This document shows positions 1-11,423 of a stretch of 64,000 bases of DNA, one piece after another. This DNA is from Mesotaenium endlicherianum (taxonomy: Eukaryota): positions 62,001 to 126,000 of the forward strand of contig WELA01002297.1 in assembly GCA_009602735.1 (NCBI GenBank), in the 5' to 3' direction. Within the stretch, counting starts at the first letter, position 1. Each line of letters starts with the position of its first letter. The notes beneath the pieces were generated by a model that saw only the letters and a list, made by a program, of their open reading frames with translations, had not been told where the DNA came from and ran no database searches. The translations under genes and the position numbers were made by a program.

Positions 1-36
1 TGTTGTCGAGGCGACAACAAGTTAAGTTGGAGGGAT

Positions 37-782
37 TGTAATGAATCAGTATATTAGTAGATATAATATTCATTTAAATATAATAGTTAATTTAGTTCAG
101 CCTGCTGAACTTTAGTTAGTAGTCAGTCTGCTGAACTTTAGTTAATAATCAGTCTGCTGGACTTTACATAATTATCAGTTTAATGACTCGGCCAAAAGCA
201 GCAGGCTGAAGTCAACTTAAGTCAGCTTGCTGACACATTCTTTGACAGCCAGCTGACTTCCGTACTCGGTAGCAGCGAACTGCCTTGATATGCATCTAAG
301 TGCGATATGCTAGATGAATGGCCAGATGACATCCCCATGATGGATGGCTATTCGGGATGATGGGAGATGGCGGTGGATTTGGTTAACCGAGGTCCTACCA
401 ACGTGGTTAACTCCCGGGTAGGCGGTGCCATCGCACTGACCGTTGAACAGTAAACTCATTCCATGTACATATGCTAGGCATTGCTCTCGAGTTCGGCATT
501 CGGAAACGAGGCCAACTCTCTTGTACAAGCTTACTGAGAGCACTCTGAATCCAAGGCGAGAAGCCATTGATACGCACTGTCTTCTAACCTTGCTTATGTA
601 TGAGTTTACTGATTTGCATCATTGATGCTAGTTTACTCGCATTTGACTTACGAGTATTATTCCCTGCTAGTGTATTGTCCTTTGCCGTTTTACTAGTTAA
701 CGAAAGTACCATAAAGATTACTTGCTGATATAAAGATCTTTATTAATTGTTAATCGCCTATTTGGTAAGTCGATTCATTTCA
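37..782 (+). mobile_element. 3' LTR of a retrotransposon (family L1) whose body lies left of the window; inserted into the protease region of DNMT-gypsy copy A
   Basis: Begins TGTAATGAATC and ends GATTCATTTCA (imperfect TG..CA inverted ends). Preceded by the purine tract AAGTTGGAGGGAT. Near-identical to 4617-5361. The flank from 783 matches the protease region of copy B (reverse complement of ~43620-43652). Confidence 0.9.
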
Positions 783-1369
783 GACACCTAGGGATCTGAA
801 AGAGAGTCCCTTTCAGTTGAGAACGGCATCGGGACAGGTAACCAAGTCGTGTGGAATTACTCGCAAGCCTGTGAAGATCAAGTAAACTCGGAGAAACCTG
901 AGGAGGCGTCACTATGGATGGAATGCACAGTAACTGATGCAGAGAATTATGATATTCTCCTGGGGACAGAAGCACTGATTCCGTTGGGCATGGTTATTGA
1001 TCTGCGGAAGCAGAAAGTGACCTACCAGCAGACAGATAAGCTGTCAGCTGGAGAGATTCCTGTAAAAATGGTTTATTCAGGAGAAACAGATCAGAAGATG
1101 AAGGACCGCTGCGCCACTACTGACTATCCAGACGCTTACAACATTCATATGATAAGCGAGGAGACGGCCTACACCCGCATGAACATGCCAGCGCCATTGG
1201 TGTGGCAATCCAGAAGTATGAGTCAGCTGGAAACTGTGAGCAACATGGATCGCAGTCCGCAAAATTGCTTCCAGTGCCTTATCCAGTGACAAGCTCGTTG
1301 AACTTGATGCCAGGAGTGGAGCCATTGCCTCAAGCTACTGTTCAAATGGCGAATCCGTTTCGTGAAACT

Positions 1370-2320
1370 GGAGTGGTGGTGCTGGAGTTATTCGCTAGAT
1401 TGGGATCTGGGACTATGTCTCTGATTCAGCGTGGGATCAAGGTATCTTAAGTCATCCATGTGGACAACGATGACAACGCCTTTGTGGCTTTCAAAACTGC
1501 TATGAAGGAGATGCAAGAGATGTACCATTTCAAGAATTAGGTGCCTCCGCCACAGCACATAGAGCGCATAGCTGGAGAAGATATTCTGGAGGTGAAGCTT
1601 GAGCACTTGTATCTTTACAAGTTTGATTGGATCTTTGCTGGATTCCCTTGTCAGTCTTTTCCTCAAGCTGGCAACAGGAGGAGATTCAATGACCCACGGG
1701 CACAGCATTGGGGAAGAATGGTGGACATCATCGGGCTGCTGCGGGAACGTCAGCGTCGCCATCGACCAGTGTTTGTGATTGAGAACGTGCACGCGGGTCA
1801 TGATTACAGCCAGGAGAGCCATGGCTGATTTTTGATTCGACATTGGGTCATCACGTGCTGATCAATGATGCCAAACATGGAGGGCTATCACACAGGGCCA
1901 GGATATTTTGGACAAATGGCATACCTATGGAGGTGGTGAGAGCCGTGGAGATGATTACCAGGCGCCCACTGGATGCCAAGACCGTGGAGTATGTACTAGG
2001 GCTATTCACTAAGCTAGTAACCATAGAAGATGTTTACCCACGGTGTGCTGTCAATGAGCCAGGGCAACCCAGGGTGGTGTTGCCTACCTTCACAGCATTC
2101 CCAGAGTCTCGAGCTTTTATCAATGGAGGACCAGGAATGGTCAGAGACAAAAACAATCCGGAAGCATAGTGGCGTGAGCCAACCGCCATGAAGAAAGGAT
2201 GCTGTGTGGGAGTTCCGGAAGGAGTTGTTCAAGCAATTCTTACTGCTGTGAAGCAGTTAGAAGCTGCAAAGATCTTCGGTAATATGATTGGGCATCACAC
2301 CATGACATGGCTCATAGAGA
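1370..2320 (+). pseudogene. C5-cytosine DNA methyltransferase domain of copy A (stops and frameshift)
   Basis: Motifs VVLELFARLGSG (I), IFAGFPCQSF (IV), FVIEN (VI), SHRARIFWTN (VIII), KIFGNMIG (X) are spread over ORFs 1202, 1541, 1843 and 2188. Confidence 0.9.
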
Positions 2321-4616
2321 TTATTATGACGTGGCAACAACTGACTTTCACCCACAAGCCTATGCCAGTGCCACCAGATGTGATAATTGGAGAACAAGTG
2401 GTACCTAACTCAGACCAGAGAGCTGGCAGGAGAGGACAACTGCCAAAGGAAGGACTCCCAGAACGCAGAAATGCGGAAGGAGGAGTTCAGAGTACCAGAG
2501 CTGCACGCAAAGAAGTCGGGATGGCTGAATTGACAAGGTGCAGTGAAGTGAAGAAGCGGCTGGAAAACCAGATCGCAAAGGTAAAAGCACTTTTTGAAGA
2601 AATAGATGGGCCTATGGAAGAGCAGGCGCCTCACGCAACGATACCACCGCCAGGTGTGGAAGGTAATACGTCGTCTTGGCTGAAAAATGCCACGCGTAGT
2701 CAAATATTTGGGACGTCACCGCCAGGAATGGCCGCAGCAGAGGAAGACAATATGCTTCTTCCTCTGGTTGAAGAAGAGCAGGATTATCAACTACCCTCAT
2801 CAGCTGCAAATGATCCTTCAGTCTCCACACCTTTCTTCACGGATGGAGAAGAGGCACATGGGGAAGATGGAGGACAACTATTTAGTGAGGAAGTGGAGCA
2901 AAAGCTTACACCAGCAAGCGCTAAGGGTAAGGCGCAAGTTCTTGAGAAGGCATCTGAGCAACAGCAAGTATCATCAGATTTGGATATGGCCATCATATTT
3001 GAGGGCTCACTGAAAAGTTAAGGTCCAGAGGAGGATCTTGATTATAGCTCAAGGGCAAGAGGAGAAGGTGACTATTGGCAGGAGGACTCGTGCAGTTGGG
3101 AAGATGGACAGCAATGTCTATCATCCTGTCCAGAGCTTGGAAGCAACTACTATGGAGCAGACTCAGAAACAGGGGAGATCCATCGACGGCACAAAGAGCC
3201 CTCTTTGGAACCAGCACATCCAGACAATTATTCTGGAGCACTAGAGAAGACTGAAGATTATTTCAACTGGGTACCAGAGGAGTCCTGTGGAACCAACCCA
3301 GCTTGCAATGAGCAAACATGCTATATGGGAGAATGGGCTGAAGAAGCTAGTGAGAAGCCAGGTGACTCTGGAGGGTCTGCAAAAACCATATGCTTGGAGG
3401 TGATCATTGAAGATCGCAAGGAATATCTGGACAAGAAATTTCCCAGGACTTTCTTGCTGAGTCCAGAGCCAAAGGTCAAAGAACAGCCAAGAGGATCAGC
3501 CACTCATACTGCTGAGTCTATCACCAGGCAGATTATGGAGCAGCTGCTGGGAGCAGATGCACACCAGCGCAAGGAAGAAGAGGTCGCCCAAGCAGCACAA
3601 GCGCTGCAGTCAGCCATCATGAACATGGCAAAGCTTAACACAGAAAGCGATGAAGAGCCACTGCCACCAGGAGTGGAGGGGACAGAGGAGGCCGAGTTAG
3701 GACTGCTTGACCTACCTGAGTTTGATTTACCATCGCTCACTCTTGCAGATGATGAAGGGGAAGACATTCCTCGCTTCCCTACTCCTGAATTGGACCTACA
3801 GGACCTGAGAACAGACGAAAGGGTGGCAAACCATTGGAACGTGGAGGGGCCGCACCCAGCTGATTTATATCAGGAGTTATGCTCGCCAATATCCAGCACG
3901 CAAATCGCAAGTATATCAATCTCTGAGATACCACCATTGGAGCTGCAACGGCTGCCACCCAAGGTATCTGCTTGCGTTGCTAAGATGGTACATCAGGTAA
4001 GCCACAAGGCTGCGCAAGCAGGCCAAAGAAAGTGGCCCGTGAGGGAAATGCACCCTTCAACAGGATGGTGATGCGTTATTTTATGCATCGAAGAGTGGCC
4101 CAGAGGGAAGGAGTTCCGAGAGGAACTATGGTCCCACCGCCACAACCCATTATGGAAATACTGCGGAAGGAAGGTGAAGAAGGGTTGATCCGCAGGGCCC
4201 GAGAATTGGGAATTAACATTCCTATGGTTCATACTCCAACCTTTGGTGTGAGGGGAAAGAATGATTCAGCTCCTGCAACACCAGCGGTTTTTGAGAAAGA
4301 ATTGGTGGAGCTAAGAAGCACTATAAGCCGCCTGACAATAGAAAATGCTGTGTACGCGCAAGTTGCTGAAGCACAACGACAACAGTCACTGAGTCATCAG
4401 TCATGGGCTATCTTGCCTCTACTTGGAGAAGAGTTTGGTACAACGGTCGAGCGCCTTGATACAATAAATCAACACTAGGGATGGTCCATCACCCCCAGAG
4501 TTGACCCAGCAGGATGGCCACTAGAGAATCCTCGTCCACAGCGAGAGCTAGGAGGGACAGGCACCAGCTGGACTGCAAATGATAAGCGAAGATTCCAGCA
4601 GCTGCCCATTAAGAGG

Positions 4617-5361
4617 TGTAATGAATCAGTATATTAGTAGATATAATATTCATTTAAATGTGATAGTTAATTCAGTTCAGCCTGCTAAACTTTAGTTGGT
4701 AGTCAGTCTGCTGAACTTTAGTTAATAATCAGTCTGCTGGACTTTACATAATTATCAGTTAAATGACTCGGCTAAAAGCAGCAGGCTGAAGTCAACTAAA
4801 GTCAGCTTGCTGACACATTCTTTGACAGCCAGCTGACTTCCGTGCTCGGTAGCAGCGAACTGCCTTGATATGCATCTAAGTACCACCTGCTAGATGAATG
4901 GCCAGATGACATCCCCATGATGGATGGCTATTCGGGATGATGGGAGATGGCGGTGGATTTGGTTAACCGAGGTCCTACCAACGTGGTTAACTCCCGGGTA
5001 GGCGGTGCCATCGCACTGACCGTTGAACAGTAAACTCATTCCATGTACATATGCTAGGCATTGCTCTCGAGTTCGGCATTCAGAAACGAGGCCAACTCTC
5101 TTGTACAGCTTACTGAGAGAACTCTGAATCCAAGGCGAGAAGCCATTGATACGCACTGTCTTCTAACCTTGCTTATGTATGAGTTTACTGATTTGCATCA
5201 TTGATGCTAGTTTACTCGCATTTGACTTACGAGTATTACTCCCTGCTAGTGTATTGTCCTTTGCCGTTTAACTAGTTAACGGAAGTACCATAAAGATTAC
5301 TTGCTGATATAAAGATCTTTATTAATTGTTAATCGCCTATTTGGTAAGTCGATTCATTTCA
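4617..5361 (+). mobile_element. Solo LTR (family L1) with 5-bp TSD AGAGG
   Basis: TG..CA ends; AGAGG at 4612-4616 and 5362-5366. Removing it restores colinearity with copy B (~39810-39825). Confidence 0.95.
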
Positions 5362-5624
5362 AGAGGCGTTTGGTATTTTCTGACCCATCAAAGAAGCGTA
5401 GATCTATTTCCAAGGAAAAGCGACTAAAGAAACGGGCGACAGAGCCTAAGCGACAGGAGGAGCAAGCAGAGAAGCCTGCTGCCTCTCCACCCTGCAATCA
5501 GGCTGAAAACCTTGAGGGCCACGATGTGGGCAAAAAGCCCCCACCTGAACCCAAGAAGTAGCAGCTACTGGATGCTTTTGTTGGGGAGAAGCAGCCTGAA
5601 ACTGAGATTTTAACCATTGGGAAA

Positions 5625-8590
5625 ATGGTCTCAGCCCAACAAAGAGCACAAGTTGAAAGGCTGCTCAAGAAGCACCGCAAGGTGTTTGTTTTTACTAAGA
5701 AGAAGATTGGCAGACCCACTGCCTGTGTGTGTGAAATCACGCTAACTACGCATAACCCAGTCAGACTTGGGCCGTATAAGCTCAGTCAGGCAAAATGGGA
5801 CTGTTCGGAGAAAACCTGCCAGGAGTTGCACAAACTCCGCATGATTGAAAAATCAACTTCAGTGCATGGGGCTCCCACACTAGTAGTCGCCAAGAAGGAC
5901 GAGGCTGGCAACTATACTGCCACTCGTATGTGTGGAGATTACAAGTGACTGAACCTCCACACGGAGCCAGACAGCTATGTGATGCCTACGCCAGAGCGGA
6001 TGTTTGCGATTGCCACCACCGGGAAGGTGTTTAGCATCACCGATCTGCGCCAAGGCTTCAACCAGATTCTTGTGAAAACAGAACATCAAGGTAAGACCGC
6101 TTTCTGGGCTTAAAGGGAACTTTGGCAATGGACAGTAATGCCATTTGGGTTGAAAAATGCCCCTGCCATATTTCAGAGGACAATGGATAAAGTGCTGGAG
6201 GGGCTGGATTTTGCAAAACCATACATTGACGATGTGATGGTGTTCAGCCAGTCCATTGAGGAGCACCTCGAGCACTTGGAACAAATGTTCCAGCGTCTGG
6301 AGAAATTCCAGAGACTCTACATCCAGGAAAGTGTAGGTTCTTTGAGGCACACGTGCCCTACTTAGGACATGAGATTGGGAACAATGCTATGTCCCCTCAG
6401 AATGTAAAGATTGAGGCCATTTTCAAGATACGTGAACCTGCGAATGTGTCCAAGCTTAAAGCTCTTCTAGGGCTGAGTGGATTTTATTGCAAGTTTGTGA
6501 AGGACTATAGCAGAATTGCTAAACCCTTGACAGAAATCCTGAAAAAGGACGTACCTTTTGTGTGGACAGAAGTCCAAGAGAAGGCCATGAACGAGCTTAA
6601 AGAGAGGCTGGTGACAGCCCCAGTCTTGCAAACGCCTGACTACTCTAAGCCGTTCAACCTGCACACTGACTGGAGTCGTGTAGGAATTGGCGCAGTACTC
6701 ACTCAAGCTGCAAGCCCAAGGGAGGAGTACGTCATTGCCTATGCATCTCGCTCTAACAACCGAGTCGAGAGCAACTATTTGTCCTATGAAGGAGAGCTGC
6801 TGGCAGTGGTTTGGGCTGTTACACATTTCAGAGAGTATCTTTGGGGAAGACCTTTCTCGCTGATTACAGATCACTCGCCATTACTTTGGCTGATGAAGAA
6901 TGGAGATCTTACCGGCAAGCTGGCTCGCTGGGCTCTTAAGCTTCAGGAGTATCAGATGACGGTGGTGCACCGAGTAGGTGTACTCAACAATGACGTCGAT
7001 GGACTTAGCAGGAACCCAGACCCATCTTCAGAAAACAGAAGCTCAAGAAGACAAAGACCCGATCGGCCCAGCAGAGTTGGCAGCTTGCCTAGCCGAAATG
7101 GCTGAAATGGCAGCGTCAGGTGAAGCTGAGCCTCTACCCCTGTTCAGTCCAGAGATCTGGAAAGATCAAGCCACTATGCACTGGCTGAAATTAGGGACCC
7201 ATCTCGAGGGACTATCACTGAAAGAAAAGGACCAAGTAAGTCATCGCGCTAAAAGGTTTTGCTGGAAACGCAATTACCTGTTCGGAGTTGAAGAAATTGG
7301 ACAAGAGAAGGTCGTGCCAGAACCTACCAAGAGACGAGCTCTCGTGCAGGAAATGCATGAAAATACTGGGCACTATGGTGTCAAGAAGACATATAGTCTT
7401 CTGTCGCTGTCTTACTGGTGGAGGGGTATGAAACAACAGTGTGAAGATGTGATCAAGGCCTGTCAAAGCTGTGATCGCGTCAAGGCTGGTTTTACACAGC
7501 AACATCCACACCTGCAACCTTTGCCAATCATGTGCCTAGGCTATCGCTGGAGCTGCAATCTCGCAAGTGAGCTACCGCTGTCCAAGCAAGGTAACAAGTA
7601 TATCATGGTCATGATTGAGCATTTTTGTAAGTGGATAGAGGTCGTTCCTCTAACCGCTAAGGAAAGCTTAGGGACTGCGGAAGCACTCCTTAACCATGTG
7701 ATTGTGCGTCATGGAGCTCCAGCAGAAGTGCTGACAGACCAAGGGTCTTAGTTCCAAGGGTCGTTTCAAAAACTCTAGGACAAATTCTTCATTGATCATT
7801 GCACTACGTCAAGAGACCACCCGCAAGCAGATGGTCTAGCAGAACGGATGGTGTAAATTATGAAATATGCTTTACGCAAGTTTTGCCTTGAGCATGACAA
7901 GCGAGATTGGGATCCGGCCCTACCATGGCTAGTTATGGGCTACAGAATCAGCAAGCAAGCAGCTTTGGCGAATTACTCGCCATATCAGATTTTGTTTGGA
8001 AGAATTCCAGTTGTACCCAGCAGCATCAAGCAGGAAATTGAACAGGTGAAAAACCTGGACGATCCTGATGAGTTGTTAAAGGTGATGGTACGCCGCAGAG
8101 CGCTATGTGAGCGCATGATGCCTGCTGCGCTGGACAACCTGAGAATTGCGCAGAAAAGAGACACGCAGCGTTACGCCAGGACGCGAGATGGGAGCTACCG
8201 CTTGCAAATGACGCAGATCCAGGAAGGAGACTTCGTCTACCGCAAGCGCCAGACCAAGACCACCATCGACACCAGTTCAGGTGCAGTGATCTCGCGCGTG
8301 AAACATGCGTTTGACAATGGTGTGTTAGAACTGGAAGGTTCTGATGGCAAGATCATGAGAGATTACGTGCAGAACTGCTCGCTGTGCCGTTTGCCAAATA
8401 TTGATCCTACGATTAGGATTGTGCTTGAGGAATAAGTGCCAGCCATGCCTTGTGTCAGTTGCAAAGTGCTGGATGATCAAGAAGCAATGGTAACTTGCGA
8501 TAAGTGTGGTGCCCGTTGGCACACTTTCTGCGTTGGTGAAGAAGAGATTATGGCAGGACATTGGGAATGTCCTGACTACATTCTTGAAAC
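5625..8590 (+). pseudogene. pol of copy A: RT, RNase H, DDE integrase, C-terminal PHD finger (fragmented)
   Basis: MPFGLKNAP..YIDD; LHTDWS..SYEGELLAVVWA..TDH; H-x4-H..CxxC; VLTDQGS..HPQADGLAER; CVSC..CDKC..HTFC..WECPD at ~8445-8580. Confidence 0.93.
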
Positions 8591-8662
8591 CCCTAGCTGC
8601 TGAACCAGGAGATAAGAAGCTTTCAGCAAAAAGGCAGGGAAGCCTAAGTTGAAAGGGAGGGG

Positions 8663-10404
8663 TGTAAGGGAGACTGAAGATAAGCAAACTTATTAAAAAT
8701 TTCTATTAAGCATGAAGAATGTTGAAGAGATGAAGTGGTTGAGTGGGAAGCACTAAACGTTTGGATGCTGCACTTGCATGATCAGGTGGAGGAGGACCAG
8801 AAATGAGTCCACACCAAAGAGTCTGCCACCAACACACGTGCAAAGGTCGATCAACCCAGGGGATTTCTCACGTGCAGAGACGCACCGACACATCGACCAG
8901 GTCGAAGGCACACGTGCTGAGAAGCTATGCACGTGCCAAGGGTTCGACACTGTTAGGCACGACAGCTGTCGCGACTGCTATCCGTTTGACGGTGCCGCAC
9001 GCGCAGCGCTAGTCACGGCCGCCCAGGTACGGAAAGTCAGCACTGACTCACCGACCAAAGATAGACTTCAGGTCAGCCAGCGGTCAAGTCAACGTCATGA
9101 TCACCGAGAGGTGGTCATGGCATGTCAGTCCCCACACCCAGCGATGGGAAGGGATTTGCCAAGAAGGACTGCCAAAAGGCTGTGGGCGAGAAGCAGCCCC
9201 GAGTGCCAAGTCAGGCACGATGTGATTGGCTATGAAAACCGCCAGTCACCAGCCAAATAAGCACAACGACTGGCTGAAAGGCTAAGCAGTCACGCGCGAC
9301 AGTCGCGAGGCTTGCATGCAAGCTGAGTGACAATAGCTAGATTAGTTTGAAGAGCTGCTAGGCGAGGACGGCATGCAAAGCCAGCTGTGACTAAGCACTG
9401 GTATTCTCGAGAGAGAACAATGTGTGGTGCCTGCGAAAGGCACGAGTTCTGCGCAAAGATGCCTCATCCTTGCGTTTGTAGCTTTTGCTAAAGAAGCAGA
9501 AAGGAGAAAGAAGGAGCGCGAAGAGAAGGAGTTCCCAAGGGCGCAAGAAAACGGAGAATCCACGCCACTGCGGACACCTGAAGATCTCTTGGCACTATAC
9601 CATAGAAGTTAGAATTCAGGAGTTCCCAAGGTGGAATCTCACTGGTAGACAGAGGAGAACTTGCAGAACAGAATCTATTAGGAGATTAGCGCAGATTTGG
9701 ACAGAACACCACAAGTGTGCGAAGGGCATATAAATGGTGAGTAACTGTGTCAGTCCTAAGTTCTCAGAAGTCGCGAACAAGTCAAATTGCTGATAGCAAG
9801 AGCAGTTAAACAATTAAAAGCTCTCAGTGAGTAAGTGAGTGAGCCTAGTCTAGCAGTGAAGAACTGCTGAGGCGCGGTAGTGAGCGAAGAGTTCAAACCA
9901 GGCCAGCATAGATGTGCAGTTTCAGAGTTTTGTAAGCTGAGACTTGTGAAAGTTAAGCGAAAGCCGTGCAGGCGATTTCCTCTGAATCTGGCATTGTTTG
10001 TTAAGCTGCTTAGACGTGATTTCTGCAAACTACAAATTTGTTCATTCTGTTACCCCCAACTTGGGCATAAGCCTATCTGGAAGTAAGACTCTTCCGTCCT
10101 ACTGTAAGGAAGACTGAAGATAGACAAACTTTTTAAAAATTTATGTTAAGCATGAAGAATGCTGAAGAGATGAAGTGGTTGAGTGGGAAGCACTTAACGT
10201 TTGGATGCTGCACTTGCATGATGAGGTGTAGGAGGACTAGAAATGAGTCCACACCAAAGAGTCTGCCACCGACACACGTGCAAAGGTCGATCAACCCAGG
10301 GGATACCTCACGTGCAGAGATGCACCGACACATCGACCAGGTCGAGGGTACACGTGCTGAGAAGCTACGCACGTGCCAAGGGTCCGACACTGTTAGGCAC
10401 GACA
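8663..10404 (+). repeat. Split terminal repeat block B-A-B of copy A
   Basis: A 302-bp B segment occurs twice (8663-8964, 10103-10404) around a ~1.14 kb A segment. Palindrome CGACAGCTGTCG at 8960-8971. Confidence 0.92.
9729..9771 (+). promoter_or_regulatory. TATA box and predicted transcript 5' end (self-primer) in segment A
   Basis: TATAAA at 9729-9734. AAGTTCTCAGAAGT at 9758-9771 is the reverse complement of the sequence that follows the 5' A segment in copies B and C. Confidence 0.7.
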
Positions 10405-11354
10405 GTGTGCAACCATGGATGCAACATATGATATTTATTTTTCATTGAAACTTAAATGTTAATTGAAAATATTATGTTGATGTTGAGATTGGTGTGTGTT
10501 TGGACGTGTGCATTTGCGGTGGGAAACAAGCAGGTGCCAAATGGCACTTTTGTGTTGCTTTCATGGGTGCACGCATGGATGCAAGCGACTACACATGGTA
10601 TACACAACATAAGGACTGAAGGGCAGCATAGAATGATAATGCAACTGTCTGCTCAACCACATGTGTGGGTGCGTATGTGCGTCCGCCTGTGTATGCGAGC
10701 AAGCACTTGTATTATGCCTGCATGGGCAAATTTAGCGTGCGGCCTGTAAACGCGTATAGCATGTATGAAAGCACATATGTGGCCAAGAAATAATGTGTGC
10801 ACGCAATTGCGAAGCAATTACGCCAAGCGGTTGATTTCGAGACGTGCAACTCGTTCAAATCAACCTAAGTAGTGAAAGAAGCGCAAATTGGAATTTGACC
10901 GTATCGATGCCTTGTGTTTAAAAGTACGCATGGACTATAATGCAGTCAAGCATGCATGCCTGAGTGTATTCACGTGATTTTTTATGTAAGTCTAAGAGTC
11001 GTGTGACAAGAATCGTTTGGAAGCGCATGCATCCTGCGAGCCAATTCTATGGAAAATCTGGTCTATTTGTTTCAATATACTCCAATAAAAAATCATACAA
11101 TACACATGCATGTAGAAGTTGAATTGAACATTGCACATGATGTTCATATCTCACAGCACAACTCACATATCTTGGCATTGATGAAATGATACTTAAAAAG
11201 ACAATATATTATACCAACAATCATCATATACAACCATCATATATTATCCCACATCAAATATGATATCAATAATTTTGCATAATGTAGATAGGTAAAATAT
11301 CTATAACGAATAAATTTAACAGATCACATAATCAACACATGATCAATACATAAT

Positions 11355-11398
11355 CTCTCTCCCCCCCTCTCTCTCTCTCTCACTCTCTCTCTCTCTCT
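11355..11398. repeat. (CT)n microsatellite
   Basis: Direct reading; imperfect CT run. Confidence 0.9.
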
Positions 11399-11423
11399 GA
11401 AACGAGTAAATTATATGGACCAC

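Larger units (their letters stand above)
783..10404 (+). mobile_element. DNMT/PHD-carrying Ty3/gypsy retrotransposon, copy A (5' part outside the window; degenerate)
   Basis: Colinear with copy B: protease tail, DNMT, long linker, RT, RNase H, integrase, PHD, PPT (GAAAGGGAGGGG 8651-8662), then B(8663-8964)-GC-A(8967-10102)-B(10103-10404). Confidence 0.93.

Noticed and set aside
3038..3244. Conserved overlapping ORF (also 41029-41415) and the many short ORFs repeated in LTR and terminal segments
   Set aside because: Their recurrence is explained by DNA identity between repeat copies; no recognisable domains.
8663..10404. B-A-B as a chance tandem LTR duplication or assembly artefact
   Set aside because: The same structure with 302-bp B segments occurs in two independent diverged copies, the 5' ends lack B in two copies, and the TSD plus restored flanking ORF fit the permuted ends.
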